This document shows, piece after piece, positions 24,213-37,399 of a stretch of DNA of 64,000 nt. The position numbers and the translations under genes are program-made. The DNA lies in the NCBI RefSeq assembly GCF_963921235.1, contig NC_086106.1, positions 27,156,001 through 27,220,000 of the forward strand, in the 5' to 3' direction. The notes below the pieces were generated by a model, which was not told the origin of the DNA, searched no databases, and worked only from the letters and a program-made list of their open reading frames with translations. The DNA comes from Mobula hypostoma. Taxonomy: Eukaryota. Numbering within the stretch: position 1 is the stretch's first letter; each line of letters opens with the position of its first letter.

Positions 24213-25875
24213 CACCTCACACTTCTCTGGGTTGGGATCCATCTCCTCAGCCCTGCTTTGCATCCTATCAATGTCCCGCTGTAAACTCTGACAGTACTCC
24301 ACACTCTCCACAGCACCCCCAACCTTTCTGTCATCAGAAAATGTACTAACCCATCCCGCCATTTTCTCATTCAGGTCACTTATAAAAATTACCAAGTGTT
24401 GTGGACCCAGAACAGATACTTGAGGCACACCGCTGGACACCGACCTCCATGCACAATATGACCTACCTACAACCACTCTTAGCCTTCTGTGGCAAGCCAG
24501 TTCTGTATTCACACAGCAATGTCCCCTTGGATCCCATGTCTCCTTACTTTCTCAGTAAGTTTTGCATGGGGTACTTTATGAAATGGCTTGCTGAAATCCA
24601 TATTCACTACATCTACGGCTCTACCTTCCTCAATGTGTTTAGACACATCCTCAGAAAATTCAATTAGGCTCGTAAGGCGCGACGTCCCTTTGACAAAGCC
24701 ATGTTGAATATTCCTAATCATATTATGCCTCTGCAAATGTTCATAAATCCTGCCTCTCAGGAAATTCTCCATCAACTTTGCAACCACTGAAGTAAGACTC
24801 ACTGGTCTAAAATTTCCTAGGCTAACTCTACTCGCTTTCTTGAACAAGCGAACAACTTGTGCAACCCTTCAATCCTCCGGAACCTCTCGCGTCCTCATTG
24901 ATGATGCAAAGATCATCGCCAGAGTCTCAGCAATCTCCACCCTCGTTTCCCATAGTAGCCTGGGTTACATCCCGTCTAGGCCCGGAAACATCCATCTTGA
25001 TAATTTGCAAGTTCTCTAGCTTAATTCCATAATATCTACATGCTCAAGCTTTTTAGTCCGCTGCAAGTCATCCCTACAATCGCCAAGATCCTTTTCCGTA
25101 TTGAATACTGAATGAAGTATCCATTAGGTCCCTCTGCTATCTCTCGGGTTCCATACACACTTTTCCAACTTCATACTTGATTGGTCCTATACTCTCATGT
25201 CTTATCATCTTGCTCTTCACATACCTCTAGAATGCCTTGGGTTTTCCTTCATCCTGTCCGCAAAGGCCTTCTCAATGCCCCTTCTGGTACCCCTAATTTC
25301 ATTCTTAAGCTCCTTCTTGCTAGCCTTATAATCTGCTAGATCTCTATCATTACCCAATATTTTAACCTTTCCTAAGCTCTTCTTTTTTTTCTTGACTAGA
25401 TTTACAACCGCCTTTGTACACCACGGTTCCTGTATCCTACCATCCTTTCCCTGTCTCATTGGAACGTACCTTTTCAGAAGGCCACGGAAGTATTCCCTGA
25501 ATATTTGCCACATTTCTTCCTTACGTTTCCCTGAGAACATCTGTTTCCAATTTAGGCGTCCAAGTCCCTGCCTGATAACCTCATATTTCCTCCTACTCCA
25601 CTTAAACGTTTCCATAACTTGTCGGTTCCTATAACTCTCCAACGTTATAGCAAAGGAGATAGAATTGCGATCACTATCTCCAAAATGCACTCCCACTGAG
25701 AGACCTGACACATAGCCGGGTTCCTTTCCCAAAAGCAGATCAAGTACAGCCTTTCCTCTCGTAGGTTTATCTGCATTTTGTGTTTCAAAAAACCTTCCTG
25801 ATAACACCTGACCAACTCGACCGGATCTGAACACCTCACGCATTGATGATGTCAATCAATATTTGGGAAATTAAA
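24213..25875 (-). mobile_element. CR1 copy B, part 1 (duplicate of 19737-21420)
   Basis: Near-identical to copy A, including shared lesions such as gggatccatctcctcagcc. Confidence 0.88.
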
Positions 25876-25879
25876 ATCT

Positions 25880-28760
25880 CCCACCACAGCAAAAAGTAGT
25901 AAGGTGAAAAGTAAAAGTACCAGGCCGACAAATCCAGGGCAAGCATCAACAAGGGCCACTTTTCAACAGAATTGTATAAGGGCTAAGAGAGTTGTAAAAG
26001 CGCGCCTGAAGGTTTTGTGTGTCAATGCAAGGAGCATTCGTAACAAGGTGGATGAATTAAAAGTGCAGATTGTTATTAATGAATATGATATAGTTGGGAT
26101 CACAGAGACATGCCTCCAGGGTGACCAAGGATGGGAGCTCAACATTCAAGGATATTCAATATTCAGGAGGGATAGACATGAAAGAAAAGGAGGTGGAGTG
26201 GCGTTGCTGGTTAGAGAGGAGATTAACGCAGTAGAAAGGAAGGACATAAGCCGGGAGGATGTGGAATCGATATGGGTAGAGCTGTATAACACTAAGGGGC
26301 AGAAAACGCTGGTGGGAGTTGTGTACAGACCACATAACAGTAGTAGTGAGGTTGGGGATGGTATTAAACAGGAAATTAGAAATGTGTGCAATAAAGGGAC
26401 AGCAGTTGTAATGGGTGAATTCAATCTACATGTAGATTGGGTGAACCAAATTGATAAGGGTGCTGAGGAAGAGGATTTCTTGTAATGTATGCGGAATGGT
26501 TTTTTGAACCAACATGTCGAGGAACCAACTAGAGAGCAGGCTATTCTAGACTGAGCATTGAGCAATGAGGAAGGGTTAATTAGCAATCTTGTCGTGAGAG
26601 GCCCCTTGGGTAAGAGTGACCATAATATAGTGGAATTCTTCATTAAGATGGAGAGTGACGTAGTTAATTTCATCCCAGTTTGGCAAAAGAATAAATCAAG
26701 GAAGGTAGTGCACCCGTGACTGACAAGGGAAATTAGGGATAGTATCAATTCCAAGGAAGAAGCATACAAATTAGCCAGAAAAAGTGGCTCACCTGGGACT
26801 GAGAGAAATTCAGAACTCAGCAAAGGAGAACAAAGGGCTTAATTAGGAAGGGGAAAAAGATTATGAGAGAAAACTGGCAGGGAACATAAAATCTAACTGT
26901 AAAAGCTTTTATAGATATGTGAAAAGAAAAAGATTGGTTAAGACAAATGTAGGTCCCCTCCAGACAGAAACAGGTGAATTGATTATGGGGAGCAAGGACA
27001 TGGCAGACCAATTGAATAACTACTTTGGTTCTGTCTTCACTAAGGAGGACATAAATAATCTTCCAGAAATCGTAGAGGACAGAGGGTCCAGTGAGATGGA
27101 GGAACTGAGGGATATACATGTTAGTAGGGAAGTGGTGTTAGGTAAATTGAATGGATTAAAGGCAGATAAATCCCCAGGGCCAGATGGTTTGCATCCCAGA
27201 GTGCTTAAGGAAGTAGCCCAAGAAAGAGTGGATGCATTAGTGATATTTTTTCAAAACTCTTTAGATTCTGGACTAGTTCCTGAGGATTGGAGGGTGGCTA
27301 ATGTAACCCAACTTTTTTAAAAAGGAGGGAGATAGAAAGCAGGGAATTATAGACCGGTTAGCCTAACGTCGGTGGTGGGGAAACTGCTGGAGTCAGTTAT
27401 CAAAGATGTGATAACAGCACATTTGGAAAGTGGTGAAATTATCGGACAAAGTCAGCATGGATTTGTGAAAGGAAAATCATGTCTGACGAATCTCATAGAA
27501 TTTTTTGAGGATGTAACTAGTAGAGTGGATAGGGGAGAACCAGTGGATGTGGTATATTTGGATTTTCAAAAGGCTTTTGACGAGGTCCCACGCAGGAGAT
27601 TAGTGTGCAAATTTAAAGCACTCAGTATTGGGGGTAAGTTATTGATGTGGATAGAGAATTGGTTGGCAGACAGGAAGCAAAGAGTGGGAATAAACGGGAC
27701 CTTTTCAGAATGGCAGGCAGTGACTAGTGGGGTACCGCAAGGCTCAGTGCTGGGACCCCAGTTGTTTACAATATATATTAATGACTTGGATGAGGGAATT
27801 AAATGCAGCATCTCCAAGTCTGCGGATGACACGAAGCTGGGCGGCAGTGTTAGCTGTAAGGAGGATGCTAAGAGGATGCAGGGTGACTTGGTTAGGTTAG
27901 GTGAGTGGACGAATTCATGGCAGATGCAATTTAATGCGGATAAATGTGAAGTTATCCACTTTGGTGGCAAAAACAGGAAAAGAGATGATTATCTGAATGG
28001 TAGCCGATTAGGAAAAGGGGAGGTGCAACGAGACCAGGGTGTCATTATACACCAGTCATTGAAAGTGGGCATGCAGGTACAGCAGGCGGTGAAAAAGGCG
28101 AATGGTATGCTGGCATTTATAGCGAGAGGATTCGAGTACAGGAGCAGGGAGGTACTACTGCAGTTGTACAAGGCCTTGATGAGACCACACCTGGAGTATT
28201 GTGTGCAGGTTTGGTCCCCTAATCTGAGGAAAGACATCCTTGCCATAGAGGGAGTACAAAGAAGGTTCACCAGATTGATTCCTGGGATGGCAGGACTTTC
28301 ATATGATGAAAGACTGGATGAACTAGGCTTATACTAGTTGGAATTTAGAAAATTGAGGGGGGATCTGATTGAAACGTATAAAATCCTAAAGGAATTGGAC
28401 AGGCTAGATGCAGGAAGATTGTTCCCGATGTTGGGGAAGTCCAGAACGAGGGGTCACAGTTTGAGGATAAAGAGGAAACCTTTTAGGACCGAGATTAGGA
28501 AAAACTTCTTCACACAGAGAGTGGTGAATCTGTGGAATTCTCTGCCGCAGGAAACAGCTGAGGCCAGTTCATTGGCTATATTTAAGAGGGAGTTAGATAT
28601 GGCCCTTGTTGGCTAAAGGGATCAGGGGATATGGAGAGAAGGCTGGTCCAGGGTTCTGAGTTGGATGATCAGCCATGATCATACGGAATCGCGGTGCAGA
28701 CTCGAAGGGCCGAATGGCCTACTCCTGCACCTATTTTCTATGTTTTCTATGTTCTATGTT
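25880..28760 (+). mobile_element. CR1 LINE ORF2 (endonuclease + RT), internally deleted, with stops; nested in copy B
   Basis: LCVNARSIRNK, GITET, YRP, GEFN; QHGFVKGKSCLTNL, YLDFQKAFD, GVPQGSVLGP, ADDTKL; (TTCTATGT)n tail at 28735-28760. Confidence 0.93.
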
Positions 28761-28761
28761 T

Positions 28762-30400
28762 AACACTGTAATTACTACACCTTCACAGAACCTGTCTCCC
28801 TCTGTGCTCCTCGATGTCCCTGCTACTATTGGGTGATCTTTAAAAAAACATCCAGTTGAGTTATTGACCCCTTCCTGTACCTAACTTTCTTCCACACAGG
28901 TTCCATAGACAACCCCTCCATGACTTCCTCCTTTTCTCCAGCGGTGACACTATCCCTGATCAACAGTGCCACGCCTACACTTCTTTTGCCTCAGTCCCTG
29001 TCCTTTCTGAAGCATCTAAAGCCTGGCAGTTGAAGTAGCCATTTCTGCCCTTGCACAATCCAAGTCTCTATAATGGCCACAGCATCATAGATCCAAGTGC
29101 TAATTCACGCTCGAAGCTCATCCGCTTTGCTCATAATGCTCCTTACATTAAAATAGACACATCTCAAGCCATCGGTCTGACCGCGTCCCTTCTCTATCAC
29201 CTACCAAGCTTTCTCTATTTGTGAACTAAACCCCCTTTCTTTCGTCACTTCAGTTTCGATCCACCCCAGGAAACTGTAGTTTGAACGCTCACCAATATCC
29301 TTAGCAAACCTTCCCGTCAGGATATTGGTCCCCTGGCAGGGAAGTGCAGCGCATTCTATTTTGTACAGATCACACCTGTCCCAGTGATACAGAAATCTCA
29401 ATCCTTGTCCATCGCTCTGTTCCCTCAGCCACGCATTTATCCTCCACCTCACTCTATTCCTATACACGTTATCGCGTGACACGGGCAGTAATCCCGAGAT
29501 TACTACCTTTGAGGTCCTTCTTTCCTAACTCCCTGTAATCTGTCTTCCGGTCCTCAGCACTTTTCCTAACTATGTCGCTGGAACCAATATGTACCGCAAC
29601 CTCTGGCTGTTCTCCTTCCCACTTCAAGATATCACGGACGTGTTCAGAAACAACCCGGCCCCTGGCACATGGGAAGCAAACTGCCATCCGCGTTTCTTTC
29701 CAGTGTCCACAGAATCGCCAGTCTGACTCCCTAACTATAGAGTCCCCTGTCATTGCTGCCGTCCACTTCCTTTCCCTACAATTCTGAACCGCAGAGCCAA
29801 TTTTGTGCCACAGGCGGGACAACTGTTTCTTCCACCAGTTAGACCGTACCCCCCCCCCCCCCCCACCGAACAGCACTAAAGCAGGAAACTTATTGTCAAG
29901 GGGTACAGCCACGGTGATGCTCCCGAGCCACTGAATCCTGCCATTCCCTCTCCTGACTGTTACCCACTTATCTGTCTGCCCTGGCCCCAGAGTGACTCCC
30001 TGCCTATAGCTGCTCTCTATCACGTCCTCACTTTCAGTGACCAGACGAAGTTCATCGAGCTGCATATCCATTTCCCTAGCGTGTCCCTAAGGAGCTGCTG
30101 CTCGACGCTCCTGGTGCAGATACAGGTGTCTCCAGGACTTGGTGCAGATGCAGGTGCCTCCAGGACCTCCCACATCTGACACCGAGCCTCACGCATATAC
30201 GTCCTGTCTGCATTTTACACAGATAAGCTGCAACGCCTCGACCCTTTATCTTCGTAGCCCTGTTGAGCTGTTTTACACTCCCGCGGACCTTGGAGTGGAG
30301 TTCTTCCTCATGTTCCACTTAAACTCTTCGCATTTCGTACGACACCTGACTTCTAGTAGCAGCCCCAATCACCTCAGTTTCAAAAGCCTGCTGTTTTTGC
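28762..30400 (-). mobile_element. CR1 copy B, part 2 (resumes after the nested insertion; includes ORF1 esterase region)
   Basis: 28766 ctgtaattactacaccttcac matches 21427; ORF 29469..30071 has GDSIVR...FCG...VCFPCAR...PEVAVHIG (SGNH-type CR1 ORF1). Confidence 0.85.
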
Positions 30401-31224
30401 TCTCTCTATACGGTACATTTATAATTTTGGCTGCTCTATCGAATCCCCTCTTAATCTTCAATATTCCAAAGAAAAAGTCCTATTCGACTCTTCTACATAA
30501 TCCATGTCCTCTTTACCAGACAAAATCCCTGTAAGCCTTCTCTGTGCAGCTTCAAATTTATTTAATTGTTTCCTTTGAGTTGGTGACCAACAATGCTCCA
30601 AGTTAGACCTCATCAATGTTGTACATAACGTTCTATTTCCTGCATTAAATGCTTTGATTTATGAAGGCCAACGTTCCAAATGCGTTCTTTCTGACCCTAT
30701 CAACTTGTGACGGCACGTTCAATGAACAATACATCTGCATTCAGGTAACTTTTTATTCTACCACACGGCTCAGTGCTCTGCTGTTCACTGTGTTAGACTT
30801 ACTCTGGTTGGTCTTACATCGTCATTTTAAAGACCCTTTTCCCTTTTGGTCCACATCCTGTTATAAGCAATGAATGATTTCCACGCGGTGTAGTACATCC
30901 CAAATCTTGGTGGCATCCAGTTATGATTAGGATCTTTGAGTCAAATTACAAACAGTATGTAAGATATATATGTGGCAGACATTTTCAAATGTATGAGTAA
31001 ATTAAGTCCTTAAATTCGAGATCCTGAATTCATCATTATTGCTGCTTGTGAAAATCAGCACGCATTCCCAGCTAAGTTGCAGATGTAAAGGAAAGAAATG
31101 TAGGGAGATATTTGTGAAAGTTTCTAATGCTGGCGGAAGTCCTTTCTCAAGACAAGAAACTTCTTTGTCAATTTCTTTGAAGATCGTCAGCTGCGAACTC
31201 CGGAAATATCTCAAACTTCTGAAA

Positions 31225-31750
31225 TGCCTGCTTCGCTGCTGCTGCTACTGTGTGATCCAGAATCTCTGAAGGGGAAGGCCCCGAGTCCTCGGCTCTGCTT
31301 GTTGCTTGGCAGCCGAGGCGGGGTCGAAGCGCTCGGCAGAGCACGGTGCTCGGTGCTCGGTGTCAGAGGGCTGGTCGGAGCCTTTAAGTTTTCGGACAGA
31401 CTCAGAGTCCGCTGCGGTCGGGTGCTTCCAGTGGTGCTGCATCGGCAAGTTTTCGGCGGTTGGAGGTTAATGGCAGGTAGAGTTTCTCCTTTCTACCGTC
31501 TGCGTGAGATGATGGGGCTATCGGGACTTTGAGACTTTTTTACCGTCCCCATGGTCTACTGTTTATCAAATTACGGTATTGCTTTGCACTGTTGTAACTA
31601 TGTATTATAATTATGTGGTTTTGTCAGTTTTAGTCTTGGTTTGTCCTGTGTTTCTTGTGATATCATTCTGGAGGAACACTGTATCATTTTTAATGCATTC
31701 ATTTCTAAATGACAATAAACGAGGACTGAGTGTCCTCATAATCTAATCTA
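31225..31750 (+). repeat. Non-autonomous interspersed repeat, same family as 62210-62815
   Basis: Shared 3' block atcaaatta(c/t)ggtatt..tttgcactg..g(t/c)aactat.tgttataattatgtggtt...; family not identified. Confidence 0.7.
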
Positions 31751-33359
31751 AACTCGTTTCAAAATATTTCCATGTTGATGACATTAGAGATGAACTACGG
31801 ATTAGCAATGTTTTTTTTCTCTGATAGGAAATGCGTCGAAGATATGGAGCTAGTGAAAGATAATGTCCACATTCAAAGTCCAAAGTCCAAAGCATTTTAA
31901 TTAAAAGATTATTTTCGACTCTTTACAGGCAGCCTGCAAAAAGCAAAACTCATTTGAACACATAAAAAACAGAGAAAGTGCCAAACATCCAATGTGCAGA
32001 GAGAGAGTGTGATAGAGAGAGAAGTGAGATACAACAGACTCAAAAGTCCATCAAACGTACAAAGAAGCTGATTCAGAAGTCTTTAACCCAGCAGACATTC
32101 GAGGAAATCCTATGGAGCAGGAAGGGCAACGAGCCCGTCTTTCACTTCCCACCCTGACATCCGGATCATTTCAATCTGGCGCGTCGTGTAAATCGTCCAA
32201 ACTTAAAAGGCGCCTCGTCGTCGGCCTTAGGCTTAATTGCCTTGATAAGGTTACTACGAGCGCTTTCCGATTCGTCCCGGTTCAGAAATAGATTTCCAAC
32301 CTCCAATCTCTTCTCGTTTCGTCTCCGCTCGCTTCGCCTCGCCTCGGCTCCGCCTGATGGAATTTCACGACTTTTCCTATTTGGAAGGCTTTGAGATCGA
32401 TTAAATCTCGGATCTTTCCACCCTTCGGCTGCGCCGCCTCAAATTGGCTCCACATTCTCTCCAGCAACTCCAGCACGAACGTGATGCAACAAGCCTTCCC
32501 CAGCGAGACGCTAGCCCTGCCTCAAAGGTGAGGCACATCCCAAAAATATAGAATCGTACAGCTAAGTAGCTACAATTACGTACGAGGACAACAGGGAAGC
32601 TGCAGGACAATCGTTCCACCGATCTTTTTTTGGAAGAACACTGTGAATGACGAAGTATTTAGATGATTGTTGCACATGGTCCACCTGCAAGTAGCGCCAT
32701 CTGAAAAATGAAGGAACACATTGATAATAGGTTAGCCTCGTTACAGTATGTTTGGCTGTGTGGGTGTGTATTAAATACCAAACAAAAACGGAAATGTATT
32801 GTCCGAGGGTAAATGTATATCTGATGCAGAGGGGCAGAGGAAAAGAAACTGTTCAGTGTGTGACTTCAGGCCTCTGTGCCATCTCCCTAATAGTACAATG
32901 AGAAAAGGGCATGAGCGGGTTGATGAGGGGTCTCGTTCCCATGTAGGAGCTGATTATCCGCAGCTAATTCGGTTCCTGTGCAGCACCCCCGTACCAGATA
33001 GTGATGCAGCCAGTTTGAATGATCTCTAAGGTACACCTGAAGATATTTGGACTGGCTTCATGCAATATCAATTCTCCTTAAACTGCTGATGAAATATAAC
33101 AGATAACATGCCTTCTCTGTAACCGCATTGTAATATTGGGCCAAGGAAAGAGACTCAGAAATATTGACAACAGCAACTTAAAATTGTTCACGCATTTCCA
33201 ATTCCGATCACTGTATGTGCACTGCTGTGTGTTTTCTTGTCTTACTGTTTCTGAAATCCACAATGAAGTATTTTGTCTTTCGACGCTGAGTGCAAAGTTG
33301 TTGTTCTGACAGCATTCAGCTAATGCAGTAACTCGCTGCTGTTTTTCTACGATTGGGTG

Positions 33360-34049
33360 TGTCATGGTCCCGACCGTTAATACCCTATTTCTTCTATTAT
33401 CATTTGATTGGGCCACACCCGGTTCTTATCAAGACCTGCAACATAAAAACCCCGGCTTTGCATCCACTGATTGCCAGACCGTTGATCCAGCCAATGTGGA
33501 ACTCAGTCTCTCTGTGTCAAGACAAGTGTTCTAAGTTTTACTCCAGTACCAAGGTTTACGTGTGTTACTCTGGCTATCCGTGTCAAGTTAAGTTTTGCCT
33601 GCCGCCTGTTTCCTGCTTGCCCCTCAGTTCCAACAACACCCTTTGTCAAGAATAGAAGTGCCTACCGTTTGCCTTTCAATTAGACACTCCGTGTTGAGAT
33701 AAATGTTGCCTGCCGCCTGTCTCCTGTTTGCCGTCCAGTTCCGGCTACGCCTTGTGTCAAGAAAAGTTTTGTCTACCTCCAGCTCTTCTGTTCTCCCGCG
33801 TTGTTACCCTGTGTTAACCCTGTCTCTCGACCGCTTATAATTGTGCATTCTAAGTTCTGTTCCCGCGCCGTTTGCTGTGTGAACCCTGTCTCACGGCTGC
33901 TTCGAATTGTGTACTCTTACGTTCTGTTCCCGCGCCGTTTGCCTCTGTTAACTCTGTCTCTCGGCCGCTTAGACTTGTGTATTCTAAGTTCTGTTTTCGC
34001 GCTGTTACTCTGTGTTAATTCTGTCTCTCCGATTATCGATCGAGTTACA
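33360..34049 (+). mobile_element. Solo-LTR-like element with internal tandem modules
   Basis: TGTCATG start and GTTACA end; TATA-like CATAAAAA about 33442; four about 66-bp units at 33789-34040. 5' terminus resembles 62860. No TSD seen. Confidence 0.5.
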
Positions 34050-35130
34050 GAGAAGTAGAATATCCTAAATTGTGGACACTGGTAGATGCGTCACTGCCAG
34101 GTGAAGGGATGGGACAATCAATAGACCATTTGCGCAGAAAACTGCTTTGGATACTCTCCTCAGTAATAAATACACAGTTTTGGATATTGTCGCGAGGGAT
34201 TACTTCCCAAGCAACTGCCGCGGAGAACAAGTGGGAGGCATTGATCGTCTGGATAGCCAGAGACATTTTCCCAGGGCTAAAATGGCTAAAACGAGGGAAC
34301 ATGGTTTTAAGGTGCTTGGAGATCGGTGGTGGGGGGAATGTCAAAAGTAAGTTTTTCACACAGAGAATAGTGGGTGCGTGGAATGCACTGCCAGCGACGG
34401 TAGCGAACTTCTCTGCATTTTCTAGAGTAGGTTACATGGTCGCAACAACTTCGTGGGGAGAACATAAAAATAGAACACAGAACATAGAAATTTACAGAAC
34501 ATTGTTCTCCCGGTTTCACCTATCACCTTGTATTTCTCTCTCCCCTCTGCCCACCTTGTAAATCTATTCCTCATCTTCTTTTCTCCAGTCCTGCCGAAAT
34601 ATCTCGGCCCGAAATGTCAACTGTACTTATTTCCATAGATGCTGCCTGGCCTGCTGAGTTCCTCTCGCATTCTGTCTGTACTGCTTGGATTTCCAGTATC
34701 TGCAGATTTTCTCATAACCGTGTTACATCCTTGTTTCTATATTCCAGTCCTCTCCAAATGAATGTTAATGTTGCATTTGCCTTCCTCACCATCGTCTCAA
34801 TAAGCAAATTAACCTTTACGGAATTCTGCACGAGGTCTCCTAAGTCCACTTGGAATGTTCTTTACGTTTAAAAAGTAGTCCATGTTTTTATTCCTTCTGC
34901 AAAGTGTATGACCAGACACGTCTCGAGTTTTCTATCTGCCACTTTTTCCCTATTCTCCCAATCTAAGTTCTTCTTCAGCTTCCCTGCTTCAACAACATTA
35001 CAGGCCCCTCCACCTATCTTTGCATTGCCCGAAAATCCATCAATTCCGTCATCCGCGTTATTGACGTACAGAGTGAAAAGAAGCAGACCCAAGAGTTTAC
35101 AAGGAGTGTAACCCACTGATGATGCCACGG
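34050..35130. mobile_element. Mosaic of CR1 fragments and a Penelope terminal fragment (34505-34720)
   Basis: CR1 3' end with tail at about 34470-34500 (+); degenerate cagtcctgccgaa...cccgaaatgtc hammerhead-type terminus; CR1 RT on - at 34720-35130. Confidence 0.6.
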
Positions 35131-35625
35131 TATTCCTTATTATCATCAGCACGTAAGGAAAAACTGCCTGCGATGTTGTTCCACCATTTTGACCATCGTA
35201 TGGTTAATGTACGATTCATCATTCCCACAATTCCTCCAGACTGTGATCTATAGGGTATATTAATTTTGTGCTTTATCCCTAAAAGTATCATGACATCTTG
35301 AATTATCTGGGCTGTAAAATTTATGCCTTGATCCAACTGTATACTGTGACGTGATCCCGAGTGAGTGGGGAACCTTTCCAATGAGATTACTGCTGTGGCT
35401 TTAGTCATGTTTGTCTTAATCCGGAAAGCTTCCACCCAGTTGGTAACAGTATCTACCACGACAAGGTAGACATACCCTCCTGTACTGGGTGGCAAAAATC
35501 CAACATAATCTATCTCCAAATTAGGCCAAGGCTCCTCCACTGTCTGGTATGTCAGAGGGCTTCTTACTTTAGATTTCCTTTAAATTCTGTATCTTCCTTC
35601 TGTTCCTTGAGTATATCCGTAACAT
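35130..35625 (-). pseudogene. Retrovirus-type integrase remnant
   Basis: EPWPNLEIDYVGFLPPSTGGYVYLVVVDTVTNWVEAF...QLDQGINFTA...PYRSQSGGIV..MNRTL, then LMIIRNT..SVGYTP. Confidence 0.85.
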
Positions 35626-35631
35626 AACCTG

Positions 35632-35790
35632 TTCAACCAACACGGACAAAATGCTGGAGGAACTCTGCAAGCCAGGCAACATCTATGGAACATCTAGTAC
35701 AGTCGATGTTTCCGGCCGAGACCCTTCAGCAGGACTCTGGATTTCCAACATCTGTAGATTTTCTCTTGTTTGTGACCTTAATGTTTCGTT
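35632..35790 (-). mobile_element. Penelope terminal-repeat fragment inserted between RNase H and integrase
   Basis: Reverse complement reads agtcctgctgaagggtctcggccggaaacatcgact. Confidence 0.75.
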
Positions 35791-36560
35791 CCTTCTGCCT
35801 TCCCATCTCCCCAGTCTGTGGCTGCCATTCCTGCCCAACTAAAGCACCTTGCTTCGCCTGCACATCAACCTTCCTACTCCCCACAGGGGATAATTTTGAA
35901 TGGGCATTCACCTTTCTGACACGCTTTGCCTTCTCAAAGATATTCCGCAATATAGCTACAAATGGAACGTGCGTTCTGTCAGCTGAAACACACAGAGGCA
36001 AATGTTCAGTAAGTCCATTACAAACGTACATATTATCAAAGTGTATGACTGATCCAGGCAGACCACATTCTGGCTCGCTAACCACATAGGCCACAGCTGC
36101 CATTTAAGCTGCTTGTGCACTCATGGTGTTGGGTAACTTTAATGCTATACGTTATCTTTCCTAGCCATCTTCATCCTCTACATGTAGACTGCATCCATTC
36201 TCCTCTCAGCCACCTATACTGACGAGAAGCTATCTACAAAATAAAACAGGGTTTTTCCTTCGTGTGTCCTTTGTCTGTGTCTGTGTTGTCGGGTATTGCT
36301 TTCTAATCTCCTTCCACCTCCCCCCTTATTATTTCGATACAAATGGGCCCTTGGGATCATTTGTTGTCATATCCGGATACCCATTAGGTGCTCTGGTACA
36401 ATAAAGATTGGCTGCAAGGACGGTAGGAACCTTGACACCCCTTACAGCTACATTTCATCCCTGCAGTGTCAAGGAGGACTGACCAAGACATTTTAATTCA
36501 AACATCCAGTAGTAGCTGGATAAATGCGGAAATCCTGTTTAGACGAGTTCAATGTTTAAA
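35790..36560 (-). pseudogene. Retrovirus-type tether (degenerate RNase H) plus RNase H remnant
   Basis: Manual minus-strand translation: QLLLD...LQG*NVAVRGVKVPTVLAANL; YFVDSFS (YVDGS-like); IALKLPNTMSAQAA*MAAVAYVV; FDNMYVCNGLTEHLPL; RKVNAHSK...GSRKVDVQAKQG. Confidence 0.75.
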
Positions 36561-37399
36561 TTGAACTTCGTTTGTACCTTCCATGACAAAATACGGGCTG
36601 TTTCAAACCGATTTTCCGAGAGATCTCAAAACCAAAATCAATATGTCAAAAGTCTTGAGCATCATCTTTTATATTCTGTAAAAAAGAAGCAATTTTATCA
36701 GTAAAAGCAACTTTTAGGATTACTCTCCAAAGACTTACAATCTTTCCGATACGTTAAATTAAAATTCCAATTTTAACTGCCCACCAATGGGCAATTTCCC
36801 TGAATGCTCATTTCCCTTTGAAATGTGGGCATCCCATATCCGGCATAGAGATGCGCAAAGTTCCATCTGAACCTATATTATACGTGGCCAGTGTGGAATT
36901 CAGGCTCCCCTCAGATCAGTTCCATGGAAAACAAATATACACAAACATTAAATACAAGAACAAGACAAAACACAAAAATCCATGCTTGCATTGTTCTTCC
37001 AAAAAATCTTCCTTCTGCATATAACTGTAAAACTTAGAACAAATAGCTAATTCCCGCCATGAAAACCTTTTGCACATTTTCCAGTGAACCGAGGAAAACA
37101 AAAAAAAAATTGGGTGAGGGCCTCGACACGTTAATACATTGATGCAACCTCTTAAAGCCGCCTTTGTGCTCTCTCGCAGACACACACTCTTTCAAGTGAA
37201 CTCACACGTGGCCAGATTTGGCAGAACAAAACATGCAAACCATTCACACTTTAAACCACTCCCAGAAAATCTTTAAACCGTTGGCAAAATATTTAACATC
37301 AATGCGGTTGCATTGAGGAAATGCGTTACTCTAAAACAAATAAATATGGAAGTTATTCATCATGAACAAGTAAACAACATTCAACAAGGTTGAAGCATG

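Noticed and set aside
22917-24284. Pro/Ser-rich alternative-frame and antisense ORFs over the Penelope element, and similar ones over CR1 copies
   Set aside because: Shadow ORFs of TE sequence and low-complexity tracts.
33789-34040. CRISPR-like array
   Set aside because: Contiguous degenerate tandem units with no unique spacers, in a vertebrate genome.
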